Positions 26,865 through 40,186 of a DNA stretch of 64,000 nt are shown one piece after another (positions within the stretch are counted from its first letter, which is position 1; every line of letters starts with the position of its first letter). Under the pieces are notes generated by a model that did no database searches, was not told where the DNA came from, and was given only the letters and a program-made list of their open reading frames with translations. The stretch is taken from assembly GCF_028641065.1 (NCBI RefSeq), contig NC_073389.1:11346001-11410000 (forward strand). The letters are read 5' to 3'. Both the position numbers and the translations under genes were made by a program. Source of the stretch: Leucoraja erinacea (Eukaryota).

Positions 26865-27252
26865 CAAAGATCCTATAGCGAGCAAGATAATCCACTTGGC
26901 GAAAAAGACGTAGTACGGTCATGGGCAGATTCATGGGTAATTTAAGACCCCGTTTCCGTAACCAGCTTCAGTCTCCGCACCAATGATCCCATAGGATAAT
27001 AGTGCGGAGACAGAAGCCGGTTACGGAAACATCCTCGTAAAAATAAAAAGTTATTTGGTAAAAATCTTCTCATTTTCAGAATTTTATTAACCCAAACTGA
27101 TCCCCCGCATTGTTGATTACACTGCGGGTCGAGTCCAGTCCGGTTACGGAAATGGATGAAAAAAAGGCCCAGGTTCCGTTCCGCTGCGTACTACACGTCA
27201 GCCCATTGCATTTAGCAGCAGTGGTCTATCTTGCTCCGCTATAGGATCTTTG
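26865..27252. mobile_element. Non-autonomous hAT-type MITE (388 bp)
   Basis: About 35-bp TIRs starting CAAAGATCCTATAGCG; perfect 8-bp TSD GTTGGTAC (26857-26864, 27253-27260); inserted into a Penelope-derived fragment. Confidence 0.9.
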
Positions 27253-27842
27253 GTTGGTACGGCAGGATCTCTGGAGGACATGGACAGGTGACGTTTTAGG
27301 TCGTGACCCTTCAGACTGATTGTAGTATGGGAGAGAAAGCTGGAAAAGAGGTGGGGTCATCTCACGTTTGCTTTTGGCCTCAACTCCATGTTCTTGCCTA
27401 ACGCTGATAACGTTTCGCCCCCTACTTATCAAAAACTATTAAACCTTTGTCTTCAAATATTCAAAGAAGTTGTCTCATCAATTTTAAAAGGATGGCACCG
27501 TATGTTTTAACTGGTTGGTAGTTCTGCATCTGGATATCATAGCTTAACGACTTTTAAGACTCTTGAATATTGGTTACAGATTGGCTTGAGTTTCCATGTG
27601 ATTTTCATTTTAGTTGATCAGCTTCCTACTCTATTTCATTTCTAGATAAGGGAATAAAAAGGCACATAAACAAGGTTATCGAAATGTCTGTAACCCCAAG
27701 TATGAAACCCGTGGTAAGGACAAGGGGAAAAGAATAAGTTGCAAAAGCATGGATATTTTTCTCTGTAGTAGGAATCATTAAAACCTAGCATTAAACTAAG
27801 AAAATATTTGCAAACTTACTTTAATTTACTCTTCCAATGCAG

Positions 27843-27964
27843 GAGCCGTTTGCTAGCGTGGAGCCTCTTTTAGGCAGGAGCACGGGACGGTCAGGTCTGA
27901 GGACCCCGTCACGAATTCTGTCAATGTCACTACCCACGCCAACAGACAGTGCACCTCCAGCAAG
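27843..27964 (+). other. Putative KLHL15 5' leader exon 2 (122 nt)
   Basis: tttactcttccaatgcag| acceptor and CAAG|gtgaga donor; GC-richer than its flanks. Confidence 0.5.
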
Positions 27965-28486
27965 GTGAGATAACTATGCTGAATGAGAATGGTGTGTCTT
28001 TACATTACTAGCAGTCCTGGCACAAACTGATTATTTACTGCTTGCTCTTGTGGCAGCTGGAATCCATGGCTCTGTAGATGCTGTTGCCTTGCTCCACCTT
28101 GGATAGTCCTTTGGGATTGAGGATGACTTGCTACTCAGCTCCCTGTGGTTAACGTGAGGTGATGAGAAATCAAGTAACTGCAAATAACATGATTCAATGT
28201 ATGTGGGTTTTTGTGTATCAAATGTGAATACGTGTAGCATTTCTTAACTTTCTGACCTCTTTTGAGTCCGTCAACGACAGATGAAGATATGGAGGTCAAA
28301 GATTAAAAATACATTCTTTCTGTTGATTAATTCCTGCAGAGATCAGATGTTGTATAAGAAAATCTGGGAGCATCTATTTATGTCATTTGTTAGTTTGTAA
28401 AAGTACCATCAGATGTTTTCTTTTGGGGGGACGGCATCAAAGTGATATCATCTTGGGTTTTTTTTCTCACCCATACTACGTTCCAG

Positions 28487-28670
28487 GGAAGAGCGATGGC
28501 TAAAACATTTAAAACAGAGAATGAAAGAATTGTTCTTGGCCTCTTCGAGACAACCTAGTCTTAACGTCTCTGTTAGGATGGTGTCATCTTCCAAATTCAT
28601 GCTAACTTGGGCGCTGGCAAAATGTGAAGAACTAGACAAACCCTGCAGAAGAATGCAAAATGTTTTGCAA
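28487..28670 (+). other. Putative KLHL15 5' leader exon 3 (184 nt)
   Basis: tttttttctcacccatactacgttccag| acceptor; GCAA|gtaggc donor (moderate strength). Confidence 0.55.
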
Positions 28671-29089
28671 GTAGGCTGGTTAACAAATAGATGATTTTAT
28701 TTAGGAAATAAAAATCATTATAGCCAAAAAGTGCTAAAAATACTAAAATTTGCTGTGAATTTGGAGAGCAGAGTATATCTTTCAAATAGAATGGGGAAAA
28801 ATCATAGGGCACAATGAATACTGGCTTTGGAAAATTTTGAAATTGGGCCCTTCATTGCCAGAGAATTGTATTGGACATTTGGTGAGACTACATGTGAAAC
28901 ACCAGATACAGTTTTGGTCTCTTTATTTCAGTAAAGATATACTAACCTTGGTAATTGTGCAGAGGGTTCAATAGATTGATTCCTGGGGGGGAGGCGTTAT
29001 CTTCTGAGCTAGATGAATATACTTGACTGATAGTATGAGAGTTTAGAACAACAAAACCTAATATTCAGAGGTACCTTGACAAGGTTGGT

Positions 29090-29850
29090 AATGAGAGAAC
29101 CTCTCCCTCAATGTCAACAAGGCCAAGGAGATTGCGATTGACTTCAGGATGCGAAGCAGTACACACACCCTAGTCTACATTGGCGCCAAGGAGACATGGT
29201 CATTAGCTTTAAGTTCCTAGGATTAAATATCACCTGTAGTTTGCCCTGGACCAGCCACATCAATGCTATGGCCAAGAAAGCACACCAACGCCTCTACCTC
29301 TTTAGAAGGGTTATGATGTTTGGCATGTTCCAAAAAACGTTCGCTAACTTCTACAGATACTCTTTAGAAAGCATCTTATCGGGATGTATCACAGCTTGGT
29401 TTGGGAACAGCTCCAACCAAAACCACAAGAAATTACAGAGGGTTATGGACAAAGCCCACACCATCTCACAAACAAGTCTGCCTTCCATTGGCTCCATCTA
29501 CTCTTCACTCTGCCTTGGTAACGCCACCAGCACAATCAAGGACCAGTCTCATCCTGGTCACTACCTCTTCTCCCCTTTCCCATCGAGCAGGAAGTACAGA
29601 AGTTTGAAAATGCACATGTCCAGGTTCAGGACCAGTTTTTTTCCCAGTTGTTATCAGGCAACTGGTCCTCTCATCAGGTCTTTAATCAGACTTCAATGTT
29701 ATATCTTTGCTTTAAGTGTTATACCCTTTTTCTTTTATCTGTGCACTGTGGGCAGCTTGATTGTATTTATAGTGTTTTCTTTGTTGGATAGCACGCAAAC
29801 AAAAGCTTTTCACTTTACCTTGGTACATTTGGCAATGATAAACTAAACTC
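29090..29850 (+). mobile_element. Rex1/Babar-like LINE 3' fragment
   Basis: LNVNKAKEIAIDFR...FKFLGLNITCSLPWTSHINAMAKKAHQRLYLFRR...FYRYSLESILSGCITAWFGN. Confidence 0.8.
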
Positions 29851-31604
29851 AATACTTGCTAGAGGAATCTAGAATGAGGAAATATACTCTCAGGATGAAG
29901 GGACAAGCATTCAAGAAGGGACATTCATTGGGACTTGTGAAATATTATTGTCAAAGCTAAGAGATTTTTGAGCTGTAGGGGAATCTAGGGAATCAGGAAT
30001 TGGGGCCAACAACCAGATTAGCCACAAACTGATTGAATGGTTAAATTGATTTGGAAGAATTCTTCAATTTTTCTAGTACTAAAGCAAGATGATGCCAAAA
30101 TGACATGGGATCATTTCAAAAGTGTATGGTGCCAATCGTTCTGTGCAGCAGGTTGTAACGGTTTTGAAGACATTGAAATACCAAATATCATTTTACAGGG
30201 ATGAGGTAATGGTGTAGTGATGATTAAAATGAGATAGTGTTCTAGTGACGAGGTTAAGGTGGTAACCTTCTAGCTCCAATGAGGTATGTTTTATTGGATG
30301 CATTGTGAAAGTTTAAACACTTGTGATTTAGGCAAATGTTATAGTTACTACTAGAACATTTGGGGAAGGCCATTTTTTACACCCAGATGGAATAGGATAT
30401 TAAAATGCCTACTGAATCGAAGTTATTAAATTTCACAACGATTAATTTCAGGAAAAAAAATAGAATTCAGATCAATACTGATGTTTGCCTATAGTTGCAA
30501 TGATCCAAATGACCACTTTTCATGCAGAATATTTATGCATGCAAAGCACAAGTCAATAACCTGTGTAAATGCTAGACATCAATTTAATCTTTAAAGAACA
30601 CTTAGTTTAATCGTAGGATACATATTTTTTAATCTGTGTTCTATATTGTGAACTTTATGATAATTGCTAATTGATGCAGTATTGAAAGCTTATGATGAAA
30701 TGATGTTAATATACTCCAAGAAGAACAACTATTTCCTAGCTGGGGCGATCCACATTCTGTTTCCTGCCCTGGTTAGAAGAGAGAACCCTAAGTTTTTCAT
30801 AGCTGCTGAAACATCAGTTCTGAGATCACCCGTTTGAAGGAGTTCTCATCAGAAACAGACACATTTCAACTGTAACAATCCATTTTGAACAGGTTTGGAG
30901 ATCAAGATGTAACTTTGAATTGTGCGACTTGTTTTGCAGTAGAATTAATGGAATAGTCGTTAGTAATATTCTGGAGTTTAGTAAGATGTATATAAAAGTT
31001 TATAGTTTTAGGCCTTATTAGAAAACTTTGCTTCTCTTGATGTAAAAATGTACAGTTTATCACTGTTCAAGCCATTGCTTTATTTGTTTGTGATGTAGCA
31101 GCAAAGAAAGTACTCGCCTCCTTTAAGAAAGCAAACATGGAAAAAGCAATGAAGATGATTTGGTAAATTAATGGATGGAAGTTGAGATCAATTCATTTCT
31201 GAAGCTAGCCAAAAATACCACCTTGCTTTTTGCTGTGCTTGCTTAGGATAACAACTGTTTAATAATTAAAATTACAGTAAATTTGCTATTTTCTTTTCAG
31301 ATGAAGCAGTGTTTGTTGTTTGTCAGTTTAGGATCAAACGTTTTTTTTTTTTTGGCTCTTGGTAAATTGCAATCTGTATTTTTAAATTGCCATTGCACGC
31401 TCCCAACATTTGATTACTAATATTCAAGTTTAAAACTGAAATATTAATGCATTATCGAAACATAACATTTTCTTTACACATTTAAAAGTGTCGTAATTCA
31501 CAGATTTTGGTACTGGTCTTAAATCCTAGAGAAGGTACACTGCTTTCTGCACCAACTGGAACATTGAAACGTTGGGAACTGCAGGTACTGGTTTTGGAAA
31601 AAGA

Positions 31605-31912
31605 GGGACACGGTGGTGCAGCGAAAGAGTTGCTGCCTTACAGCGCCTGAGACTCTGGTTCGATCCTAACTACGGATGTTATCCGTATGGAGTTTGTACG
31701 TTCTTCCCGTGACCTATGTGGGTTTTTTCCGGATGCTCCGGTTTCCTCCCACACTCTGAAGACGTACAGGTTTGTAGGCTAATTGGCTTGGTTAAATTGT
31801 AAATTGTCCCTAGTGTGTGTAGGGTAGTGTTAGTGTGTGGGGATTGCTGGTTAGGGTGGACTCAGTAGGTGGAGGGTTTGTTTCTGCACTGTATCTTTAA
31901 AATAAACTAAAC
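31605..31912 (+). mobile_element. HE1/V-SINE-like SINE nested in a Penelope-derived fragment
   Basis: gggacacggtggtgcagcg...ggttcgatcc...ccggatgctccggtttcctcccaca...taaactaaac. Confidence 0.88.
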
Positions 31913-33905
31913 TCAGTGGTCCAGGCAGCATCTCTGGAGAATATGGATAGGCAGCGTTTCCGGTCGGGGCCCTTCATCAAACTGATTCTTTAGACAGGCA
32001 CAATTAAAACGTTTGTCTGACTCAAGGAATGAATTAAAGCGTAAATTGCAGATCTGAAAGTTCCTCATTTCATAACTTAATAGCCTTAATGCATGGCTGT
32101 ACTGATAATTTCCATAGGGTCAGCTAAATAATTGGGAAACCTGTGTCAAGCTTAAAATCTTATTAACTTTCAATTGGAATAGCTGGCCAGAATCAACAGC
32201 TTTAACTAAGTGTGTGATACTGATATTCGGCCCTTTTCTTGCTGTCTGGTAAGTTTGCGAATTGTGATTGAGATTATGCTGAAACTGTGAAACTTACCTC
32301 AGCTGGGACTCCAGCTTTATTGCCATTCTTTAACCACCATTTTAGAACTGTGCAGATGTCAACACTGAGCTTAACCACTGTGCTCAGTGAGTGAATAGCC
32401 AACCATCTTGCAACTGAAGCTCATATGTGCCCATAAGAAGAGGAGGCAGAGGATGATCTCCATGTCAATGTTAAAGAAATAAATTACTAAAAGACATATC
32501 TTAATGTTTGTGGGAAGGGAGCAAGGGCATGGCATAAGCATGCCAAAGATAGGCTGCAGAGGGGCATGGAGGTCCTACCAAATTTAGCAGCAGGTCATAT
32601 TAATTATTGTTTTTTATGCTCCTGTTCCCCACTTGCCAGCAGGCCTGATTGGGGGAAATGGACCAGAAAGCAAACAGTAAAAACTCACAACTAATGGGAA
32701 TCTGCAGCAGGCATAGAATTGGGTGAGGAAGGATCTTCCACCAGGTGTGGTGATGAGACCAGAGAAGCAAACATCTGCTAGATTTGGGTGTTGTGCCAAT
32801 CCCTGGGGACATTTCTTCAGCCGGCATTACATTTCAATGCTTGCTATACATCTAAGGAATTGAGCCTTGGTAACATTACAATGGTGTTCTTTTTTTCTTC
32901 AATGGAAGCCCCCAAGCTACCTGCAGCTAGCCAGAAATTGGTTGAGGTTGCATATTATCTATTTATCATTTTGTCTCTGATTCTCTCCCATCTTTCAGTC
33001 GGGGGGTTGGAGATTTTAGCACCCGAGTTTCTTTTAGTAAACTACTGATGGGGATTTCAGGAGAGTACAGTCGTCGTAGTAATTCAAAGGAGCAATTAAA
33101 TAATTTATGTGTAGTTATTCAGGATATTTTTGCATTCTAGCTGCCCTTTTGGGATGTATTCTATAATTACTTTTCAGTACATCAAGAAAGGCACATGGTA
33201 CATGTCCTGGGTGAAATATCACTAATGTCAACATGTAGGGTTCATTGTCACCACCCCACTAGTAATCTGGAGAGTACACAGGCACCTTATCTGATCTTCA
33301 TTATCATGTGATTGATTTAAATAGAATAAATAAAATTATTTTGGGTGTTGAAATATTCCATTGTGGTGCTAAAATTGTGAATACTATAAACATACTGACA
33401 GTGAACACTGTCTATATTGATAATGAGCCATCTGAATACAAACTGGTGATGGCACTGAAATGAGCATTAAACCTGCTAATAACAGCGATGACAAGTACTT
33501 TCGATGCAAACTGATGACAATAATGAACTGTTGATGAAAACTGATGTTACTCTTAAATTTATTTTGATGTTTGGCAATCAAATTAGTTGCTGACATTAAG
33601 CCAATGAGAATTGTGGTTTGATTATGTTTAAAAACATTTCCTACTTTAATTCTGTGCCATGCTACAGTATTCAATTAATGTAAAGCACCTAAAATGTAAT
33701 GATTAACTTAAATTACTAACTATTACCACTACCTACACCTGAAATGTAATTACTACTGCAGAGGTTTCAAAGAATACCATGGTTTATAATGTTCTCTGAA
33801 AAAAAGGGGAACTCGGGTAAGCCAATAATTCTATAGATTCCTTAAACATTTTATTTCACCTTGATGCACATTAATATTCAATGTTTTGTCTGTTTCAGGG
33901 TATTA

Positions 33906-34610
33906 ATGGCAGGAAATGTGGATGTGTACAACTCTTCTGTTCATGACTCCTGTGTATCTTCAGGGTTTAAAACCCTATACGAGGAGGGATTATTATTTGA
34001 TGTCACCCTAGTTATTGAGGATCACCAGTTTCAGGCTCACAAGGCACTGTTGGCTACACAGAGTGACTACTTTCGAATAATGTTCACAGCTGACATGAGG
34101 GAGCGGGACCAGAACAAGATTCACCTTAAAGGACTCACTCCAACAGGCTTTAGTCATGTCCTACAATTTATGTATTATGGCTCCATTGAACTGAACATGA
34201 GCACTGTCCATGAGATCCTCCAGGCAGCCATGTATGTCCAGTTAACTGAGGTGGTGAAATTCTGCTGTTCCTTCCTGTTGTCAAAAATCTGCTTGGACAA
34301 CTGTGCAGAAATCATGCGACTTTTAGATGATTTCAGTGTTAATATAGACGGTATCCAAGAACAACTGGACAAGTTCCTGCTCGAGAATTTCGTACCACTC
34401 ATGTCCCGAGCTGATTTTCTGTCGTACCTGAGTGTTGAGAAGCTCTTGACATGTTTGGAAAATGATCAACTGAGCCGATTCCCAGAGATTGAGCTCTTTG
34501 AGGCAGCACAGGCCTGGCTGCGACATGACAGAAGCCGTTGGAGGCACACAGATGCCATTGTTCAAAATGTCAGGTTTTGTCTGATGAATACAGCAAACGT
34601 TTTGGAAAAG
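33906..34610 (+). CDS. KLHL15: Kelch-like protein 15, coding exon 1 (BTB and BACK domains)
   Basis: Acceptor tgtttcag| at 33898, ATG at 33906, donor AAG|gttagt at 34610; 705 nt; LFDVTLVIEDHQFQAHKALLATQSDYFRIMFTADMRERDQ matches recalled KLHL15. Confidence 0.96.
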
Positions 34611-37600
34611 GTTAGTATGTTTGAAAGCAGTAACCAAGTCACAGCGCTGGGGCAAGACCATTGAGTGCTGTGAGGAAATGATCAGTCACGACCCATTTAC
34701 TCTTTGCTTTAGTTAGCTTGATTTATTATAATTAGCAATTAGTCTTTGCCGCATTTCACTCTTTAGCTAGTGCTGATTATAAAAGATATCATGGTGATGG
34801 AATGTGAAGACTTTTTTTGATGAAATCTAAGAATATTGTTTAAAATGGTCCAGCATTTTATAACATTGATTTCTGAGTCATGTTCTTGGGGAGGCAGATA
34901 GATTTTTTTGAATGGTACTTCAGTGTGTTTTTATTTCCTAGTTTTTATAGCAAATGCTCAGCTTTTTATCAAGCTGGAAGGATTCCCATTTTTGATCCAT
35001 TCTTGGTTGTGAATGACAGTACAAATGCCCTGGTTTATTGAGAAGTGAATTCTAGCAAGCCTTTTGGCCACTGATATTTTTAGTGCTTTGATATTTGATA
35101 TTTTCGCTACTTGGAACTGGTATTGAAGTAATTGGGTGTTTATCACCTACATTTGGAAATATGAGCCAGTATAATGTGGAGGTAAAGACAAATAAACAAT
35201 TATGGGCTAAGAGTCAGAGAATCGGTTCACATGAGTGATAATTGAATTATGAAATCTATATTAAAAAAATAGGCTTTTGGCTTTGGTTGGTTCATCTAGA
35301 TTTGATGGATTACTGGCATTTAAGCTTTTTGTGAAAGCAGTTGAACTAGAATTAATGTTCTAATTTTTCAAAACCGCATTGCTCTATAATAGTCATTTCA
35401 TCTTTATTCTTCTGTAGTTTGGTGACATGGGGCACCTCCGGGAAGTGAGCTCTTTTATGTTTATTTCTTATTTAAACTTAAATCTAGCAGCCTTTGCAAG
35501 TGTCACCATTTTGAACATTAACTTTTGCCAAGCACATCTACTTTGAAACGGTTTATGGGGAAGCTGTTAACAAACTGTAGCAGCTACTGTATGTGTTTAT
35601 CAGTCTCGTGAATTCAGAAGAATCAAGTTAATCTACATGCCCAAAACCTTTGAATTCAGACTGGGATCTTACAGGATCTGAAAGGAAAATGCACCTTGCT
35701 TTGAATTTATTCCAATCTGTGCCCACACAATTTAACATAATTCCACTCATCAAAAACAAAATGGCGTTGATTATAACTGCAAATGTAAATTCAGCTGAAA
35801 GGTACAATAGAGCTCACTTAAGGTTTACTTTTCTGTTTGTGCTAGGTGATGCATTTCTTACAACCAATTGGGTAGCTTTGCTGTGGATTTTGAGAATTGG
35901 TTTGTTGAATGTGCTTTTTCCTTTCTCCTCCCTCCTTTTGAATTGTCAGCGACGTGCATTGTAATTGGAGGTAGGCTGGGAGAAAAGGCCTGCTCTTGCC
36001 GTTCTTCCAACTTTCCAACCCCAGTACACTTCCCTTAGCACCTGAAGCTAACAGTTCTAAAGATCCAGCCTGGTGTAAAGTTTTCTATTCCTCAAAGATA
36101 ACCAGTTGATTCATAAATGTTATAGTATCTTCTGCCAACCTTTTTTTTTTTTTTTTTTTTTTAATCAACCTTCATCAGCCGTGGTCAGTTTGAGTTTTGT
36201 AGTCCAGACAAGACAACTTGACTTGTGCAACTTGGGTGACTGACGGGGTAGTTTTGGGTAAAATCTGGTGTTAAATTAATTAATAGGTGCAACATAAAAA
36301 GCTCAGTTTGGTGCTTCAGTGTTACATTTAATAGTTTGTTTGATAATGACATGTACCCTGTTGTCTTTGAGCTTTGAGCTTTTTGTACCCATTGATGCAG
36401 CATCAAACACTGAGCAGTGTGACTGCTTATCTGCAGAGAGTAGGATCTGCTACTTATTTCCTCATTCTAAGCAAAACTATTGGAGAGTATTTGGATCAAA
36501 GCTAGAATTCATACGAGCAAAAGAGACTTGGGGTTAACGCCAATTCACGGTAGTTATCAATGGGTGTTACCTGTTACCTCTGCTATTTTTGCAAGATTTG
36601 CTGATTTGGTAAGGCGAAGGAAGCAGAATAATGATGCTCATGTTAGCGACTGTAATTGTCATCCATCTTGTATGTGAAAATGTACACTTGTGATATTGAT
36701 ATAATTACAGAAACTTTCTTGAGCAAAAGAGATGTTTTATTGTTTTTGTTTGGTGTTATTATTTGGGGGAGGGAAAGGGACAGGACACACACTTTTACTC
36801 TAATACAGCTCACCTTTTGCAGTAATACACCAGCCGTGTGCCGTGGACTGATACTTCCAGCACACAACACAATGTGGAGAGCAATTATACTGGGGAAACC
36901 ATCCTAGCCTGTAAGTCTTTGTGCATTTATTTGTAAATAAAATGCAAGCTGTAAGAATGATCAGAGAGCACAATGATTTGCGCAAACTAATATAATTGGC
37001 CAGAGGTTTGCGGAAGAAAGGCATAAAGCCATAGTCTTTAAATTTAGATCTTCTATGAATCATAAAGAAGGATTTTATTTCTGTTTGATTTACTTTTCTT
37101 CGCTACTCCAGAATTAATTAATTAACAAGGAGAACGATTTCCTTGTGGTGCTGTCCAGATAGCACATGCCAAACGTAAATTCTATCCTGCAGTTTCACTT
37201 TGACTAAATTTACTTTTAGTGGGCGTTACTTAATGGTGTGTTTAAAACTGGGCTTATTAAAAATACGTCTTATTAAATGTGTTTTTCCTTCCACACATAC
37301 AATACTTCAATTTAGTTGGGTCAAGTCAAAATAAAAATAAAGCACAACCAGAGCTGCCTGTGTTGACTGAACATCCTAACACTTTTGCAATCAAGTCTTT
37401 ACAAGAATTATATTACTACTCATTCAAATGGACCAAAATTACATACTACAGCCATTAGCAATTCAAATATTCGGACATTTTACTTTTTTCTGTTTTGCAT
37501 CTGTGCTAAGTCAGGATGATGTGCTTCATTGTTCAATCTTTACCATGGCTCTATTAATTTCCTTTCATTGTAGATGCCTGTATTGTAAGTATTATATTTG

Positions 37601-40186
37601 ACCTATTTCAGTGTAAATCTGGTGAAAACCAGCAATACCAGAGGCAATGTTTTGCTATTAGAAGTGTTGTGCTTTTTAACCAGTGAAGTAGATTGGTTAC
37701 TGATTTGCACTTTTATAGTTTTGTTTTCACCTTATTGTTTTCATCATCGCACCCCATCAAAAATCAACTGTGCTTCTATTGTGAACAGTCGTATTAATCT
37801 AGGGTTTTGTCGACTCGGGTGTACTGGTACTTATTTGTATGGTTAAGTTCTGAAGCCAGGGACATTAGGGATGTCTTGGAGTTGAAATAAAGGATCTTGA
37901 TAAATCAGTTTCAATGTGTTTTGTAAATCGAAGACTTAAAATGACTTTTCCATGATCTCCTTTAGATTCCATGCCGGTAAATGCATCTGAGGTGATGGTT
38001 AAATTTCTTCTTTGTTTTCTTTTATCCTCTAAATGTAATCCTTTACGAGGGTAGCATATTTTGTGACCCATCCTTTGGTCCATTGGGGTTTTGGAAAACT
38101 TTAAACAAGCCAGCGATTGAATGTTCCACGGTTCTGTTCCAACTTATTTTTGTCCAAAAGTAGACTTTATCTGGGCCCTGACCTTTCAGATGGAGAGTAA
38201 TGGTTGGGACGTAATTGTGCTTCTAAAATTGGTATTGTGCAGTGGCTGTCACTAGTAAGCTTGGCATTTAATGCCCTTCCCTGGCTATCCAGGAGAAGGT
38301 GGTGGTATGTCCTTAATCCAAGTGGTGAAAGTATGGAATCTTTACCCAGTGACAATAAAGTAAGAGCAACATAATTTCACAATACAAGGGGTGGGGGGTG
38401 GGGGGTGCTTTATGTAAAAACTAATATTTAAGCATGGTGTATAAATATGCAACACGAGTAAGGAGTTTACCAAAATATGAAATAATTAATTTCCACAGGC
38501 TCGGTTTCTTGAGCCAAGAGATAGGGAACATCAATCACTGTCTCAGTTTTTATAAATATCAATTTGTCTTTGCTGTAAGCTATGAGCACACGGACATCGG
38601 GTGAGGGTGGGTAATAAGTAAACTGATGTTGATGTTTGACCGTTTCTGCAATCTCGCTTCAAACCGAGAGGGATTTTGGGAGAGCTGCTGGTGTCAACAG
38701 TCTATCAGCCTGATTTCAATTAGGAGGAGAGGGGAAATTGATATTGTCCCATCTGTAGTTGGACTTGTCTGTCTTTATATGGTTATACGTTGATTGATTT
38801 TATGTTTTATATATTTTCAACAATGAGTTTGAACATTGAGTGTTAATTTGCAAAAAAAAAATGCCAGCCAGGTGGAAAATCTGCCCATACTTACACATTT
38901 TCTAAAAAAGTTCCAAACTTATTAATTCTGCAATAATTTGAATAATAAAGAATTGTATAAAGTTCTGTGTTTGAATTTTGTATTATTTCTTGTTTTAAAT
39001 AATTAGATTTAATGTGACTTGTTTTAAAACTAGTTCCTGCATTCTACCTCCGTTTGAGGGTTTTGGGCAGAGATTGCATTACAATCGCAAGTAATTTAAA
39101 AAAAAAAAGTTAAATGAGAAGTGCTGATTCATGCAAAAAAAAAAAGCAGTGGAAGTCCAATTCATTGTAATGCATTTTTCTATTTGTGGCCATTAGGTAT
39201 CCATAACGTCAACAGGTGTGGGTTTTTTTTTTTTGCAGTGATCTAATCCCTTTCCCATAGATTTTGCACTGTCCTCAATATCAAAATGAAGTATTGTCCT
39301 GTGATCCTTGAAATATAAGCCTGAATCACTATCAATTTGAGCTTGTAGGGGAGAATTGTAGTTGTGTTTTAAAAAGAAAAAGGTTAACCTTGCATGAAAA
39401 CAATTGCATTTTGAGCATCCCCAATTAAACGGCGATCCAGTGAAACACTTTTTCTTCTCGTTCAATTTTAATTATCCCAGGTTAAGTTGAAGTGGTTAGC
39501 CGACTGATATTTATTTATGGGAACATTTTCAACTTCATGGTGAATTGATAACGGAATAATAATATAAGAAGGCTATAAGTTAACAATGATATCAAACCAT
39601 CAGTGTCCTGAGATTTAATCTAAGGCAAAGATATTAATCTTGATCTTTTATAACAGGAAATAATGATCCTGACATTAACATAAACGCATGTTGGGTACCA
39701 CATCTGCTCATCATGATACATTTTGTGTTGTCAGATTTCAATTTTCCACTCTTGACTATTTTCATTTGTAAAGTAACAAAATAATATTTGCTTTCTGTGG
39801 TGGTTCAATGTTACCACACAGACTTTGGTGTAGTGTATGTATTGTGTAATTACTTTTTCTTTGGTTACTTAGGCACCATACTACTTGTGTACAGTTTATT
39901 CTGCATTGCTGTTGCTACCTAAAGTGTGAAAGCTGGATTGCAATGTTGATGAATTGAAATACCTCTTGGGTCTAGCCTAAAATGGTGTAGCCATGAAGCC
40001 TACACTTTTGGTGGATTGCTGTAATGTTCATTATTTGGACACCAATTTGCTATTTTTAAGCATTATAGCCATGTTTGGATTTTTAACCAGAACTGGACTG
40101 ATTGCAGCAGGAGTGCATTATTTGTAGTTGATTCTTCCAATTTCTATCATTGTCACCATTTTATTATACCTTCTGATTTTTCTCAG

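Noticed and set aside
19355-31912. tRNA-like A/B boxes as tRNA genes
   Set aside because: They are heads of V-SINEs followed by the V-domain and LINE-like tail; no cloverleaf.
33861-33905. N-terminal extension of the KLHL15 ORF in the track
   Set aside because: Mostly intronic (polypyrimidine tract and acceptor at 33898); the supported start is 33906.
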